From positions 1 through 64,000 of IMG/VR virus record IMGVR_UViG_3300044771_000012: a stretch of DNA of 64,000 nt, one strand, 5' to 3'. Shown one piece after another: positions 43,906 through 52,687 of this stretch. Position 1 is the stretch's first letter. Each line of letters starts with the position of its first letter. The position numbers and the translations under genes are program-made. The notes below the pieces were generated by a model. It saw only the letters and a program-made list of their open reading frames with translations, was not told the DNA's origin and did not search any database. This stretch comes from a virus.

Positions 43906-44175
43906 TCACCCCCTCTCTGGTTCGACTTTATAAAGCAATGGTAGATCAGACTCCGGGGTAGTGACCCATCCCGGCGATGCCTCTAATTCTGTTACCTGAT
44001 CTGCCAGGTCTCCGAAGCCCTGGATATGCACGTTAAGGGTCATGTGGAGTTCTTCTCCTGGGGTCATAGAATAAGTCTTGCGTTCAAAACCGATCTTACT
44101 ACCACGATAGTCGGCTTCTACTCCGAACGTCACCCGATCACCAGAGATACCCATTACTTTCAGAGTGAAAGGCAT
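43906..44175 (-). CDS. hypothetical protein
   Basis: 89-aa ORF, tightly spaced after the upstream gene. Confidence 0.5.
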   Translation of the reverse strand: MPFTLKVMGISGDRVTFGVEADYRGSKIGFERKTYSMTPGEELHMTLNVHIQGFGDLADQVTELEASPGWVTTPESDLPLLYKVEPERG

Positions 44176-44178
44176 AAC

Positions 44179-44712
44179 TTACTCCTCGATCAATTCGGTG
44201 ATAGCATTCGTTACTTCAAGGTTTGCATCAACGATTGACGCTTCCGAACGATAGAGTTCACTCTTGTTGTCTCGCTCTGCGGGATCATAGTATCTCCGAA
44301 CCTTGACGGCAATAGTGTCTCCGCTCGTCACTTTGGCCTGGCCGTCTTTGAGATTCTTGTCCGTTAAAGCAAGGTAAGCCTTTTGCTCTTGACCTGCGAG
44401 TCCACTTCCTTTTACGCCCCTTCGCATGATCCACGCAGTAATCGGTTTGGTGATCTGCTTACCTCCGATCTCCATCGTGACCATGGTGGCCAGGTTCGTC
44501 CTGGTGATGGCCAGGCGAAGGTCTTCAACCTTCTTAATGATGTCGTGATGGGCTTGGAGCCAGTCCTTGACCTGTTCCCTTTGCTGATCCGGCGTTCCAT
44601 AGGTCGGGGTCTCGAAATCCAGATCAACGCAATACTTGGCGATCTTCTGTTTCAGATCGTCAGCCTTCCTTAATAAATCTTGAACCTGTTTCATTGCTTG
44701 AATGAGTTTCAT
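44179..44712 (-). CDS. DIP1984/septicolysin-like family protein
   Basis: From memory of the family: MKL...helical N-terminus, the ITRTN motif and a C-terminal ...LEVTNAITELIE resembling the NW.TEL ending. Confidence 0.4.
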   Translation of the reverse strand: MKLIQAMKQVQDLLRKADDLKQKIAKYCVDLDFETPTYGTPDQQREQVKDWLQAHHDIIKKVEDLRLAITRTNLATMVTMEIGGKQITKPITAWIMRRGVKGSGLAGQEQKAYLALTDKNLKDGQAKVTSGDTIAVKVRRYYDPAERDNKSELYRSEASIVDANLEVTNAITELIEE

Positions 44713-44863
44713 ACTTTCTTCCTCCCTTTGTTCGATTTTCTAAGATCACCTTGTCAATAATCTCTCCGCAATGGATACACCGCCAGCCAAAAAAAGTGTC
44801 GCCGCCGTCCGCACCGTAAAACATTCTGTATTCCATTCTTCCATTACACCGATTGCATCGCAT
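44660..44863 (-). CDS. zinc-ribbon protein
   Basis: MRCNRCNGRM...WRCIHCGE. The 3' end overlaps the next gene by 53 nt. Confidence 0.5.
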   Translation of the reverse strand: MRCNRCNGRMEYRMFYGADGGDTFFGWRCIHCGEIIDKVILENRTKGGRKYETHSSNETGSRFIKEG

Positions 44864-45015
44864 TTGTCAACTCAAAAAATTGGAGGGCGTGGATTCAGGT
44901 TCGCTTTCCCTTCGATCCCTATCCTCGACCGTTCCCCTTACGGCCCCTCACCCTCCAAAGTCTGCGGGGAGAAGTGTATGGTGGGGGTGAAACGTTATCA
45001 GGTCGCCTTGGTGGG

Positions 45016-46029
45016 CTACTTGGTAGGTTTCTCACCTTCCCCCCGCATTTCCTTTTCTGCGAATAACTGGCCGGTTGATGCTCCGGGTGGATTCTTATCT
45101 TCTTCTTTCTTCTCCTCTGGCGGATGCGGCCCCGGTTTCTCTGACCCTTTTTCTTTCTCCGTTATGGGCGTCTTCGATTTGGCCTCACCCTCGGCCTTGG
45201 TCTTGAATACCTTAAAATATTCCATGAAATTTTTAAAGTCTCTTTCAGCCATACCCTGCAAATCCTCAATGCTGACCTTGTTCTTCTTGGCCTGGTATTC
45301 ACAATATTGCTCGAAGAGTTTTTGTTCGTCCGGTGAAAATTTCATACCTGCTATTAGCTCTTCAAAACGGCCATGGGTCTCAAGATCAATCGCCTCCGGG
45401 ATTTCAAAAACCGGCACGGCTCCTTCTTCTGCGGTGAAGATCGCCTGGAATTCATCGGGCCACAATGTCCGAAGGCCCTGGGCTTCTCCGACCTTGGCGA
45501 TCATGGTCGGTTGATTTTCCGGTTGCCAGAATCTCGTGACCGCTCCTTCCTTCGTTTTCTTGATGTAACCGGAAAGATTCACTTCGAGTCGGAAGGGTTT
45601 AGTCCATCCCGTTGGTTGAGCCTCAAACCATCCGCCGACAAGGGTTTCACCTTCATCGACGAGTCCAAATGAATCTCTCAGCTTTCCGTCCTTCCCTCGG
45701 ACGATGATGCCCTTCTGCCAACCGACGCAATCTTTTTGAATCCTGGCCCTCTTCCTAAAGAAGTCGATACTTGTGACGATGGCCGCCGGATCAGCACTAT
45801 ACTTAATGAGATAGCAATCTTTCGTGAGCGGATTGAGTCGTCTCGCCCGGCAGATATTCAAGAAATACATAAGTTCTTGAACAGTAATCATGTCTGAGTT
45901 TCCCTGAACAAGATACTTTTTCACAATATCGAAGGTTAAACGAACCTCTTGACCGTCAGCCGCCGTGTAAACCACGGCCCGTTCTTCCGGCCTTGCCATT
46001 ACCTCTTGTGTCTTCTTTTGTTCTGCCAT
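45016..46029 (-). CDS. recT: RecT-family single-strand annealing protein
   Basis: Pattern ITVQELMYFLNICRARRLNPL..DCYLIKY... plus an acidic/Lys-rich C-terminal tail. A PD-(D/E)XK nuclease lies in the same operon. Confidence 0.8.
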   Translation of the reverse strand: MAEQKKTQEVMARPEERAVVYTAADGQEVRLTFDIVKKYLVQGNSDMITVQELMYFLNICRARRLNPLTKDCYLIKYSADPAAIVTSIDFFRKRARIQKDCVGWQKGIIVRGKDGKLRDSFGLVDEGETLVGGWFEAQPTGWTKPFRLEVNLSGYIKKTKEGAVTRFWQPENQPTMIAKVGEAQGLRTLWPDEFQAIFTAEEGAVPVFEIPEAIDLETHGRFEELIAGMKFSPDEQKLFEQYCEYQAKKNKVSIEDLQGMAERDFKNFMEYFKVFKTKAEGEAKSKTPITEKEKGSEKPGPHPPEEKKEEDKNPPGASTGQLFAEKEMRGEGEKPTK

Positions 46030-46159
46030 GTTCTTCCTCCCTTGATTTATTGGATTCTTTTACACAAAATTGTGAACAACATTTCTTGCCTAAATCATCC
46101 CACCAGATACACCTTGCGGGGCCAGATAAATCTTCTCCACACCAATTACAAATACTCAT
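45956..46159 (-). CDS. small Cys-rich protein
   Basis: MSICNWCGEDL...KKCCSQFC. The 3' end overlaps the recT start by 74 nt. Confidence 0.45.
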   Translation of the reverse strand: MSICNWCGEDLSGPARCIWWDDLGKKCCSQFCVKESNKSREEEHGRTKEDTRGNGKAGRTGRGLHGG

Positions 46160-46199
46160 AAAATAAGCACCGAGAAAGTCGATTTAAGTTTTTGTATTC

Positions 46200-46985
46200 T
46201 TAATCCTTTATCAAATAGAATACGGGATTGTATTGATAGTCGGCCTTCCACCGAGCCTTACCTGGGAATATCCCCAGGGTTGATGCCACTCCACTTGCCG
46301 GGGTTGTGTTACCCGAATATGATCCTGCGGCCCCTGAACTCGTGGATGTGCTCTCCCCTGCCTCCCTGACGTTGACAGCAATTCGCACCTTATCTTTCGT
46401 CCAGCCTTTTTTCTTGAGCACACGATCTCTAAAGGTGAGTAAGTCTTCGGCCAAATCCTCTTGTCTAACCCGATTGAAATCGCTCCCATTGAATGATTCT
46501 ACCTTGATATACTCCTCACCCCTGTATGGTTTGATGCCGATGTTTGGAACTTCGGCATCCGCCATTCTCCACATTTTGCCGGGTAGAATTTGAATCTGAG
46601 AAGGGCCAACATAAGGAGCAGGAAGAAGGTCTCTGGGAGATTCAAAAAGAACCACCTGTTTTGGAGCAATCACCTGATCGGGTTGATTCACCAAAACCTG
46701 ACCTTGAATGTCAACCGGATTAAAGACATTAACGGGCTTGTTGAGATTGATAATTTTATTATCCACGTCTGAAATCCCAATGCCCACGCCCACACCTACA
46801 CCAATGCCCGTCCCGCCCTGGTTAGTGACGGGGCCACTCCCCGCACCGTTGAAGGTGTTATTGTTTCCGGTATTGGCAATCGCACCGGGCGAAAAGTTAC
46901 CAACGTCGGCGTCATTAACTGCAAGTGCGGTTCCCGAAAAAACTAAAATGATACTTAAAACGAACACGAACACGAACTTTCTCAT
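46200..46985 (-). CDS. exported protein (signal peptide, Gly/Asn-rich N-terminal region)
   Basis: ATG at 46985 after GAGGAGGAAACC. Signal peptide MRKFVFVFVLSIILVFSGTALA. Internal start of track ORF 46200..47186. Confidence 0.6.
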   Translation of the reverse strand: MRKFVFVFVLSIILVFSGTALAVNDADVGNFSPGAIANTGNNNTFNGAGSGPVTNQGGTGIGVGVGVGIGISDVDNKIINLNKPVNVFNPVDIQGQVLVNQPDQVIAPKQVVLFESPRDLLPAPYVGPSQIQILPGKMWRMADAEVPNIGIKPYRGEEYIKVESFNGSDFNRVRQEDLAEDLLTFRDRVLKKKGWTKDKVRIAVNVREAGESTSTSSGAAGSYSGNTTPASGVASTLGIFPGKARWKADYQYNPVFYLIKD

Positions 46986-47013
46986 GGTTTCCTCCTCGGA
47001 CTCTCTCGGTGCT

Positions 47014-47979
47014 TTATTTATAGACCTCCTTGTCCTCTCTCCAAATTTTAATACCTTCCAGGTTTCTTCTTCCACCATCAACAGCCTTCCGAATCTCTTT
47101 ACTGTTCGGCTCCAAGAATTCGGCAGGGATGATTGGGAGCAACTTACCGTCCACGGAAACGATAGTCGCCATACCCTCTTCGTCAACCTCTAATTCAAAT
47201 TTGACCTCATTCAGGGCGAACTTGAATTTCTCCAAGGGTTCACCAGTCAACCCTGCCTTCATCCCAATTTCTATCATGGATTCTTTTGTTGAATGAGAAT
47301 AGGCGAGAACCCTGATTGTTTTTATTCCGGGATAATCGGGTGCATTGCGGTGAACGGGGCCGCACTCAAATTTCCAATACTCGCTCGAATAAGCTATTCC
47401 AGCCGCCGTGCGGACTGTCTTTTGCGTCTTTGCTAACACGGGAGTCAGAACTTCAACGGCTTCGACACCTGCCGCCGCCGCCTCTTCGTTGACCTTTTCC
47501 CTTAACTTCTCTGTCTCCTCGTTGATCTTTTTCTGGGCCTCCAATTTCCTTTGATCTTGGAGCACCTTAAAGGATCGGTTCTTGCTTTTGGTGATCTCTT
47601 CGATTGAATCGAGAATGTCGGTGAATGCCTTTGCCAGGTTTTTTACGGCTTTCGTAAACTCGGAGGGGGCCAAAAGAATCTTGTCCCTTTCGGTATTGAT
47701 CTCCTTCGCCAGCTTCTTCGCCCTGATCCCCAGATCGACGGAAAGGGCGTGGGACTCATCATCTTCAACCTTCAATAATTGGGCCTCGGTCTTCATGCCC
47801 TTGATCGCTTCCTGATAAACTTGCAGGTCAACCTTTGCTCGCTCGACGGCTTTCTTAGCGGCATCGAGCGTCATCGGTATTCCCTCTTCTCTCTTTTCGG
47901 GAACCATCGGCTCCCCTTCGATTTCCCATCCCATAATTTCATCCTCCTGGTGGTTTGTATTCGATGTCTCCTCCGACAA
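47014..47979 (-). CDS. coiled-coil protein, possibly Gp157-like
   Basis: Long helical N-terminal half, C-terminal EPNSKEIRKAVDGGRRNLEGIKI, and location next to the recombination genes. The family call is weak. Confidence 0.35.
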   Translation of the reverse strand: MSEETSNTNHQEDEIMGWEIEGEPMVPEKREEGIPMTLDAAKKAVERAKVDLQVYQEAIKGMKTEAQLLKVEDDESHALSVDLGIRAKKLAKEINTERDKILLAPSEFTKAVKNLAKAFTDILDSIEEITKSKNRSFKVLQDQRKLEAQKKINEETEKLREKVNEEAAAAGVEAVEVLTPVLAKTQKTVRTAAGIAYSSEYWKFECGPVHRNAPDYPGIKTIRVLAYSHSTKESMIEIGMKAGLTGEPLEKFKFALNEVKFELEVDEEGMATIVSVDGKLLPIIPAEFLEPNSKEIRKAVDGGRRNLEGIKIWREDKEVYK

Positions 47980-48166
47980 TCACAAATCGTTTTGATTCTT
48001 TTCTTTCTTTGTTTAACCGTTCGTAAAGGGCCTTCTGGTAGGCGTCGAGGATCGCCAGCACTTCTTTTTCTGAATACACGGGTTCAAAGAGATTAACGAC
48101 AACGTTGCGATCTTCGATGACGACCTCATAGGTTCTCGTTTTGGCGATTATCTTCCTTTCTCCCAT
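47939..48166 (-). CDS. hypothetical protein
   Basis: 75-aa ORF in the operon. Confidence 0.5.
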   Translation of the reverse strand: MGERKIIAKTRTYEVVIEDRNVVVNLFEPVYSEKEVLAILDAYQKALYERLNKERKESKRFVIVGGDIEYKPPGG

Positions 48167-48453
48167 GTGGGGATTTTCTCCTTTCCGATCATAAACATTT
48201 CTGCGATCTTTAAAGCGAGGGTTGCAACCTGGATCGCTTCATCCACTACTCTCTCCGCAGGCCCGCCCCTGTGTTCATATTCTCCGATGGCCTTAGCGAG
48301 CGATCCCAATTCTTCCGCCGTGTAGGTTAGCCATTCAAAAGAAGTATGACGTTGGACGCCCCACTTTTCGACCTGGCGTTTGTTTTCCTCGTGGACTTTA
48401 AGAAAAAGTTCTACATCGCTCAATAGTTGTTGATCTTTGAAGAGATTAAACAT
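48148..48453 (-). CDS. MazG-like NTP pyrophosphohydrolase (putative)
   Basis: ATG at 48453 after AAGAAGGA. Motifs TAEELGSLAKAI and VVDEAIQVATLALKIAE resemble the all-alpha MazG fold. Confidence 0.35.
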   Translation of the reverse strand: MFNLFKDQQLLSDVELFLKVHEENKRQVEKWGVQRHTSFEWLTYTAEELGSLAKAIGEYEHRGGPAERVVDEAIQVATLALKIAEMFMIGKEKIPTWEKGR

Positions 48454-48952
48454 CCGATCCTTCTTTCTTCCCCACGTAGAATGGATTTGTATCTTCCGGC
48501 AGATCAAGAGGAGCCTCCGGTTGCGAAGAGAGGTCTGGCTGACCAGGCACGGCCCTATCCTCGCCCAAGTCGGTTGCCGGAGGCTCTGGTTCTTTTTCTT
48601 TTAATGGAAGCTCTGGTTGTCTTTCCTCCGCAGTCATGGCCCGCTCTTCGATCAATTCCTGGGTGTCATCCCTAAAAACAAGAACCGCTCCAACAGAGAA
48701 GTCTTTTACCTCACGGCATGGGATATTTCGCATTTCCCACCCGCTATTTACTTTTTCTGCCAGACTTGCGATCTCCCCCTCAAACTTTTTAATCTCGCTC
48801 TTAAACTGAGCGGCGACCGAAGCGAGATCGTCCTGGGCCTTCTTTAGATTACGGATTGCATTCGCAATCTGTTCGGACATCTCTATCTTCTCCGGTGGTG
48901 AAAACGATACCTTCAATAAACGATTAAATTTTCTCTCCTCAATCTCTTCCAT
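48446..48952 (-). CDS. hypothetical protein
   Basis: 168-aa ORF after GAGGAGAC. Confidence 0.55.
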   Translation of the reverse strand: MEEIEERKFNRLLKVSFSPPEKIEMSEQIANAIRNLKKAQDDLASVAAQFKSEIKKFEGEIASLAEKVNSGWEMRNIPCREVKDFSVGAVLVFRDDTQELIEERAMTAEERQPELPLKEKEPEPPATDLGEDRAVPGQPDLSSQPEAPLDLPEDTNPFYVGKKEGSDV

Positions 48953-49136
48953 GTCTCCTCCTTTCTCTCGATGTTTTAAATTCAGCCATCGCTCGGTTTA
49001 CGCCGGATTCGGCGGCCCCCAAAATCTGATCGGTGCTCATCCAATTTTTTTTATTGGTGCAATAGTCGAGAAGATGGCGTATGGCATCATAAGCACCGTT
49101 TTCAATCAAGCCCGGCAATCCCTTCCTCTTTCTCAT
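48939..49136 (-). CDS. hypothetical protein
   Basis: ATGA coupling with the upstream small ORF. Confidence 0.5.
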   Translation of the reverse strand: MRKRKGLPGLIENGAYDAIRHLLDYCTNKKNWMSTDQILGAAESGVNRAMAEFKTSRERRRHGRD

Positions 49137-49264
49137 CTCCTATCCTCGATGGTTACTTTATCCACGACAAGAACGATGTTAATTGGGATGCCCGCCGGTG
49201 ATATGATCTGCACATATTCACTCTGGCCATCTGCGGTCTTTGAGACCTGGATCGTGATCTCCAT
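49133..49264 (-). CDS. small hypothetical protein (43 aa)
   Basis: ATG after AAAGGA. ATGA-coupled to the next gene. Below the track cutoff. Confidence 0.35.
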   Translation of the reverse strand: MEITIQVSKTADGQSEYVQIISPAGIPINIVLVVDKVTIEDRR

Positions 49265-49267
49265 GGA

Positions 49268-49354
49268 TTATCCTTTCTTGCTCCATCGCACCACGAGATA
49301 AAATGCAAAACAACAAAAAATCGCAAAACCTAAAACCAGATACCAGTCTTTCAT
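49268..49354 (-). CDS. small membrane peptide (28 aa)
   Basis: MKDWYLVLGFAIFCCFAFYLVVRWSKKG. ATG after AGGGGG. Below the track cutoff. Confidence 0.3.
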   Translation of the reverse strand: MKDWYLVLGFAIFCCFAFYLVVRWSKKG

Positions 49355-49355
49355 G

Positions 49356-49808
49356 TTACCCCCTGTAATGATGGAGCGACCGGCGGTGTTTCATCACTCT
49401 GGTATGCAAGGCTCGGACTGCCTGGCTGATCGCCATCTCTTTGCCCTGAACCGGATTGTTATTGCCGGGATCGTCGATTGGGCTCAATCTCGAAATCCCT
49501 TCGGCTTCGATCAAGACCTTCTTCTGGTTCCTACCAACCAGGATCATGGCCTTTGCAACCATGAAGACGAGCCCTTCATAAACGATGTCAACCACGACTG
49601 GCGAAGCACCTTCCGGCCATTGTCTTCGAGAAAGTCTAATTTCTCCATGGGGCAATTCAAAATCAACGCCAACGAATGTCATCTTATGTGGTTCCATAAT
49701 CTTTTCTCCTCCGAGATATTCGTTTTGCATTTGAGCACCGCCGACTTCTCGTGCTCGACCTATTGCCTTTAACATTAATCCCTTCGCCAAAGAGTTTAAT
49801 CTATCCAT
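49356..49808 (-). CDS. hypothetical protein
   Basis: 150-aa ORF overlapping the upstream gene by 8 nt. Confidence 0.55.
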   Translation of the reverse strand: MDRLNSLAKGLMLKAIGRAREVGGAQMQNEYLGGEKIMEPHKMTFVGVDFELPHGEIRLSRRQWPEGASPVVVDIVYEGLVFMVAKAMILVGRNQKKVLIEAEGISRLSPIDDPGNNNPVQGKEMAISQAVRALHTRVMKHRRSLHHYRG

Positions 49809-50343
49809 TTAAGAACCTGTAAACGTTGAGAGCCGATAGAAAGGCCGCAAAATCACCATAGAGAAAATCATACCTGTCAAGGTGTGGCGGCCTGCCATCT
49901 TCGTTAAGGCGGAGAGACCCGCCCGGATCGAGATCAGGGCCATAGCCGTTCTTAATCGCAAGGTGATGGTATGCCGCAATCTGCATCCGCCAGGCCCTTT
50001 GCTTGGAAGCGGGGGTTTTAAGATCGACAATAGATGGTCGATAATAACCCTTGATCCGCACGATAAGGTCGGGATGACCAAAGAAACCCAGGATGGGGTC
50101 TTCCAACCGTTTTTCGACCAGAAAAACTTCCTCCACGCAGTTATCGAACCACCAAAGGAATGAGTCGCAATATCCTTCGTAGAGGATTGGTTTTGGATAC
50201 CATTCTTTTTTTGCGGTGGACGTGCTGAATTTATGGACTTCATTGCCACGGACAACTCCGCCCTCGATACGGGCCTTCGGGATCGCTCCCTTCACATTAA
50301 AATATGGCGATAGAACCTGGGTGACGGAAAACTGCTCGATCAT
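49801..50343 (-). CDS. PD-(D/E)XK nuclease (RecB/Cas4-like exonuclease)
   Basis: GHPDL...IVDLKT (D...D/ExK) followed by QIAAYHHL (QxxxY). Same operon as recT. Confidence 0.7.
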   Translation of the reverse strand: MIEQFSVTQVLSPYFNVKGAIPKARIEGGVVRGNEVHKFSTSTAKKEWYPKPILYEGYCDSFLWWFDNCVEEVFLVEKRLEDPILGFFGHPDLIVRIKGYYRPSIVDLKTPASKQRAWRMQIAAYHHLAIKNGYGPDLDPGGSLRLNEDGRPPHLDRYDFLYGDFAAFLSALNVYRFLNG

Positions 50344-50588
50344 TTACAGAATGTCCAGACACCAGACCATTCATCCCAATCAACCTTCTTCTTTCTTCTA
50401 ATGAGGTTTTTCCTGTAAAGTGCCATCAACGTGGGAACACGGACATTCATGGTCGTGGGAAGACCAACCTTCCTCTGGGTGAGAAATGCACGGAGGTCGG
50501 TATTGAACGACCGATAGACTTGAATAATGGCCCCATTCTTTAGTTCGTCCATGATTTCGAGTTGCTGTTTTGAAATTCCTCTTGACAT
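50340..50588 (-). CDS. hypothetical protein, first gene of the leftward early operon
   Basis: ATG after GGGGGTGAAAGG. ATGA-coupled to the nuclease gene. Confidence 0.55.
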   Translation of the reverse strand: MSRGISKQQLEIMDELKNGAIIQVYRSFNTDLRAFLTQRKVGLPTTMNVRVPTLMALYRKNLIRRKKKVDWDEWSGVWTFCK

Positions 50589-50631
50589 CCTTTCACCCCC
50601 ATGGTAAAAACCCTAACCTCATCGTTTGACC

Positions 50632-50660
50632 AATCTAACAGGGCTTTTTTTATTTGTCAA
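50632..50660 (-). promoter_or_regulatory. sigma70-like promoter (leftward)
   Basis: Minus strand reads TTGACA (50660-50655), 17-nt spacer, TAGATT (50637-50632). Confidence 0.6.
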
Positions 50661-50693
50661 GCAAAATTTTTAAATATTTTTAAGAAAAAGTGC

Positions 50694-50723
50694 TTGACAA
50701 ACCCAAAGCCTCTGGTTTAGGAT
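50694..50723 (+). promoter_or_regulatory. sigma70-like promoter (rightward), likely giving a leaderless mRNA
   Basis: TTGACA at 50694-50699, 18-nt spacer, TAGGAT at 50718-50723. The ATG at 50731 lies 8 nt after the -10 and has no SD. Confidence 0.5.
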
Positions 50724-50730
50724 AATCCCC

Positions 50731-51024
50731 ATGAAAGAATCCGCTCGATTAAGATTCAAAAAATGGCTCGACAATCGTGGCGTTAAAATCTCCTTTGCCG
50801 CAGAGAAGATGGGTATTTCCTATTCCCACCTTCTAAACTGGATTGCGGGAAGAGACGGCCTATCGCCGGAGGCCGGTCTTAAAATTGAAGCATTCACGGG
50901 CGGCGATATTAAGATGATCGACTGCATCCTCCCAGGCTGGCAAGAGGTTCCATTGTTTATTTGGGGAAAAGGCAAGATGACATTGAAAGAACTTAAAAAA
51001 GGCCCTCCTCGATTAGACCTTTAA
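50731..51024 (+). CDS. Cro/CI-type HTH transcriptional regulator
   Basis: HTH segment ISFAAEKMGISYSHLLNWIAGR. Sits at the divergent promoter region. Confidence 0.6.
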   Translation: MKESARLRFKKWLDNRGVKISFAAEKMGISYSHLLNWIAGRDGLSPEAGLKIEAFTGGDIKMIDCILPGWQEVPLFIWGKGKMTLKELKKGPPRLDL

Positions 51025-51069
51025 TACTGGCATTGAGGGGATTAGCAATTAGGATGGAGAGGAGGGACT

Positions 51070-51924
51070 ATGGCGAGAGACGGACAATACCGCCTCTTGT
51101 GGGCATCCATCTCATCCTCGAAAAAAATAAGGGCCGTCGAAGGCAAGGAAGTTTCTGGAACAAAGTGGTGGAGGATCGGCTGTCACTTACTTTATTCGTG
51201 GCTGGTTTCATATCAAGATGATGATGGGAGGCTCCGGGGAAGGCCCGGATGGGTATTGGAAAACATCGTCCCGTATGAAGGATTGACGGTCGATGAAGTC
51301 TCCGAAATGCTGGCTGAATTACATAATGTAACATTAATTGATTGGTATGAAGTAGATGGCGATAAGTTTATTCAGATCATCCAGGGCGAAGAACATCAAA
51401 GAATAAGAAAAGACCGTTATAAACCAAGTATTTATCCCCCCTCCCCCTCAATGGTTGCCAGCCCGACAACCGAAGAGACAACCGAAAGCCAACCAGATGG
51501 TAGTCAAAAGTGCGACCTATCACCATCATTATCATTATCACCATCACCATCATTATCATTATCACCATCTATTGTCCTGGCTAACCTACTTTTTGATCTC
51601 ATAAAACTAAGAAACTCAAAATTTAAAAAACCCAGGATGGAAGGAGAGGATGGATGGCAAGACGTGATCGACAAAATGATCCGTCTCGATAATAGAACCC
51701 CAGAAGAGATTGAAGAAGTAATTCGTTGGTGTCAGAAAGATGACTTTTGGCAGAACAATATTCTCTCCGGTTCAAAACTAAGAACCCAATTCGATCAACT
51801 TTGGATGAAGATGAAAAAAGGAAAACCGTCGGGAGTGAAAAAACAAGATGGAATCGACAAAGGAACCCAACAACTCAAGGATGCGATTAGTGGGAAGTCA
51901 AAAAGGATCGAGCATAAGCCCTGA
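51070..51924 (+). CDS. replisome-organizer-like protein
   Basis: The N-terminal ~110 aa resemble the phage replisome organizer N-terminal domain. A Ser/Pro/Leu linker is encoded by a tandem DNA repeat. Family call is from memory. Confidence 0.4.
   Translation: MARDGQYRLLWASISSSKKIRAVEGKEVSGTKWWRIGCHLLYSWLVSYQDDDGRLRGRPGWVLENIVPYEGLTVDEVSEMLAELHNVTLIDWYEVDGDKFIQIIQGEEHQRIRKDRYKPSIYPPSPSMVASPTTEETTESQPDGSQKCDLSPSLSLSPSPSLSLSPSIVLANLLFDLIKLRNSKFKKPRMEGEDGWQDVIDKMIRLDNRTPEEIEEVIRWCQKDDFWQNNILSGSKLRTQFDQLWMKMKKGKPSGVKKQDGIDKGTQQLKDAISGKSKRIEHKP
51519..51566 (+). repeat. perfect 24-bp tandem duplication (ATCACCATCATTATCATTATCACC x2)
   Basis: Read directly from the sequence. Encodes SPSLSLSP x2 inside 51070..51924. 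Confidence 0.9.
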
Positions 51925-52363
51925 CGAATACCTCGAATTATTTAAAGGGGCAATGAAAAAACTCGCCATGGCGGTCGATAAAGAAATGGGCGAGGCTCGC
52001 TATTTAATTTACTTCGAGCAACTTCATACTTACGGGATAGAGGAAATTCAGGCCGCCGTCGATCAGGCAATCCACAATGAAGAATATAATGTGATCCCAA
52101 CGGTCGGGAAGCTGATTCGATATATTGAGGACGCCAGGGAAGAACAAGGGGAACGCTGGCCAAAATTAGAATTCAAAGAAGAATGGCCGACCATGACTTC
52201 TGAAAGGCTAAAAGAGTTAATTCAACCCTTTTATGATAGGCTTGCCAAACAGGAAAAAGAACTCAAGGAAAGAAGGGAGACCTCATGGAAGAAAAACAAA
52301 AAGATATTAGAGGGCCAGATAAACCTCGTGAAACTGAATGCCGATCCTGCGGAGCAAAAATAA
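51881..52363 (+). CDS. hypothetical protein (replication module)
   Basis: Internal ATG of track ORF 51848..52363. Start is uncertain. Confidence 0.5.
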   Translation: MRLVGSQKGSSISPDEYLELFKGAMKKLAMAVDKEMGEARYLIYFEQLHTYGIEEIQAAVDQAIHNEEYNVIPTVGKLIRYIEDAREEQGERWPKLEFKEEWPTMTSERLKELIQPFYDRLAKQEKELKERRETSWKKNKKILEGQINLVKLNADPAEQK

Positions 52364-52572
52364 TTTTTATTTCTTATACCAGGAAGGATGGTTCCCAAGG
52401 TTTTCATCCCTGTAACAACAAGACGGTAAAGGTCATCACCCAATCGGGTCGGGTGGTCGTCGGGATGGAAAGTCATTATGCAACTTGCCCGCAAGCAGAT
52501 CAATGGAGAAAGGGGGTGAAACCAAATGAAGCCAAGAAAAGTCATGGTAACTCTGGAAATGAAGTCCGATAG
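52285..52572 (+). CDS. zinc-binding hypothetical protein
   Basis: CRSCGAK...HPCN...ATCP. Confidence 0.45.
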   Translation: MEEKQKDIRGPDKPRETECRSCGAKIIFISYTRKDGSQGFHPCNNKTVKVITQSGRVVVGMESHYATCPQADQWRKGVKPNEAKKSHGNSGNEVR

Positions 52573-52687
52573 GAAACTCCGCCTTTTGAGAGATAAAGCG
52601 GTATGGCAGGAAGTGATGAATTCTAAATTTGCCGGTGTTAATAATGTCCACCAGGCCACGGCCCAGGCCGTTAAACAGGAGAAGTGA
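52526..52687 (+). CDS. small hypothetical protein (53 aa)
   Basis: ATG after AGGGGGTGA. Stop overlaps the next ATG. Below the track cutoff. Confidence 0.4.
   Translation: MKPRKVMVTLEMKSDRKLRLLRDKAVWQEVMNSKFAGVNNVHQATAQAVKQEK

Noticed and set aside
44771-45514. 247-aa plus-strand ORF
   Set aside because: It is antisense to recT and the upstream zinc-ribbon gene. It is a Ser/Pro/Phe-rich shadow frame.
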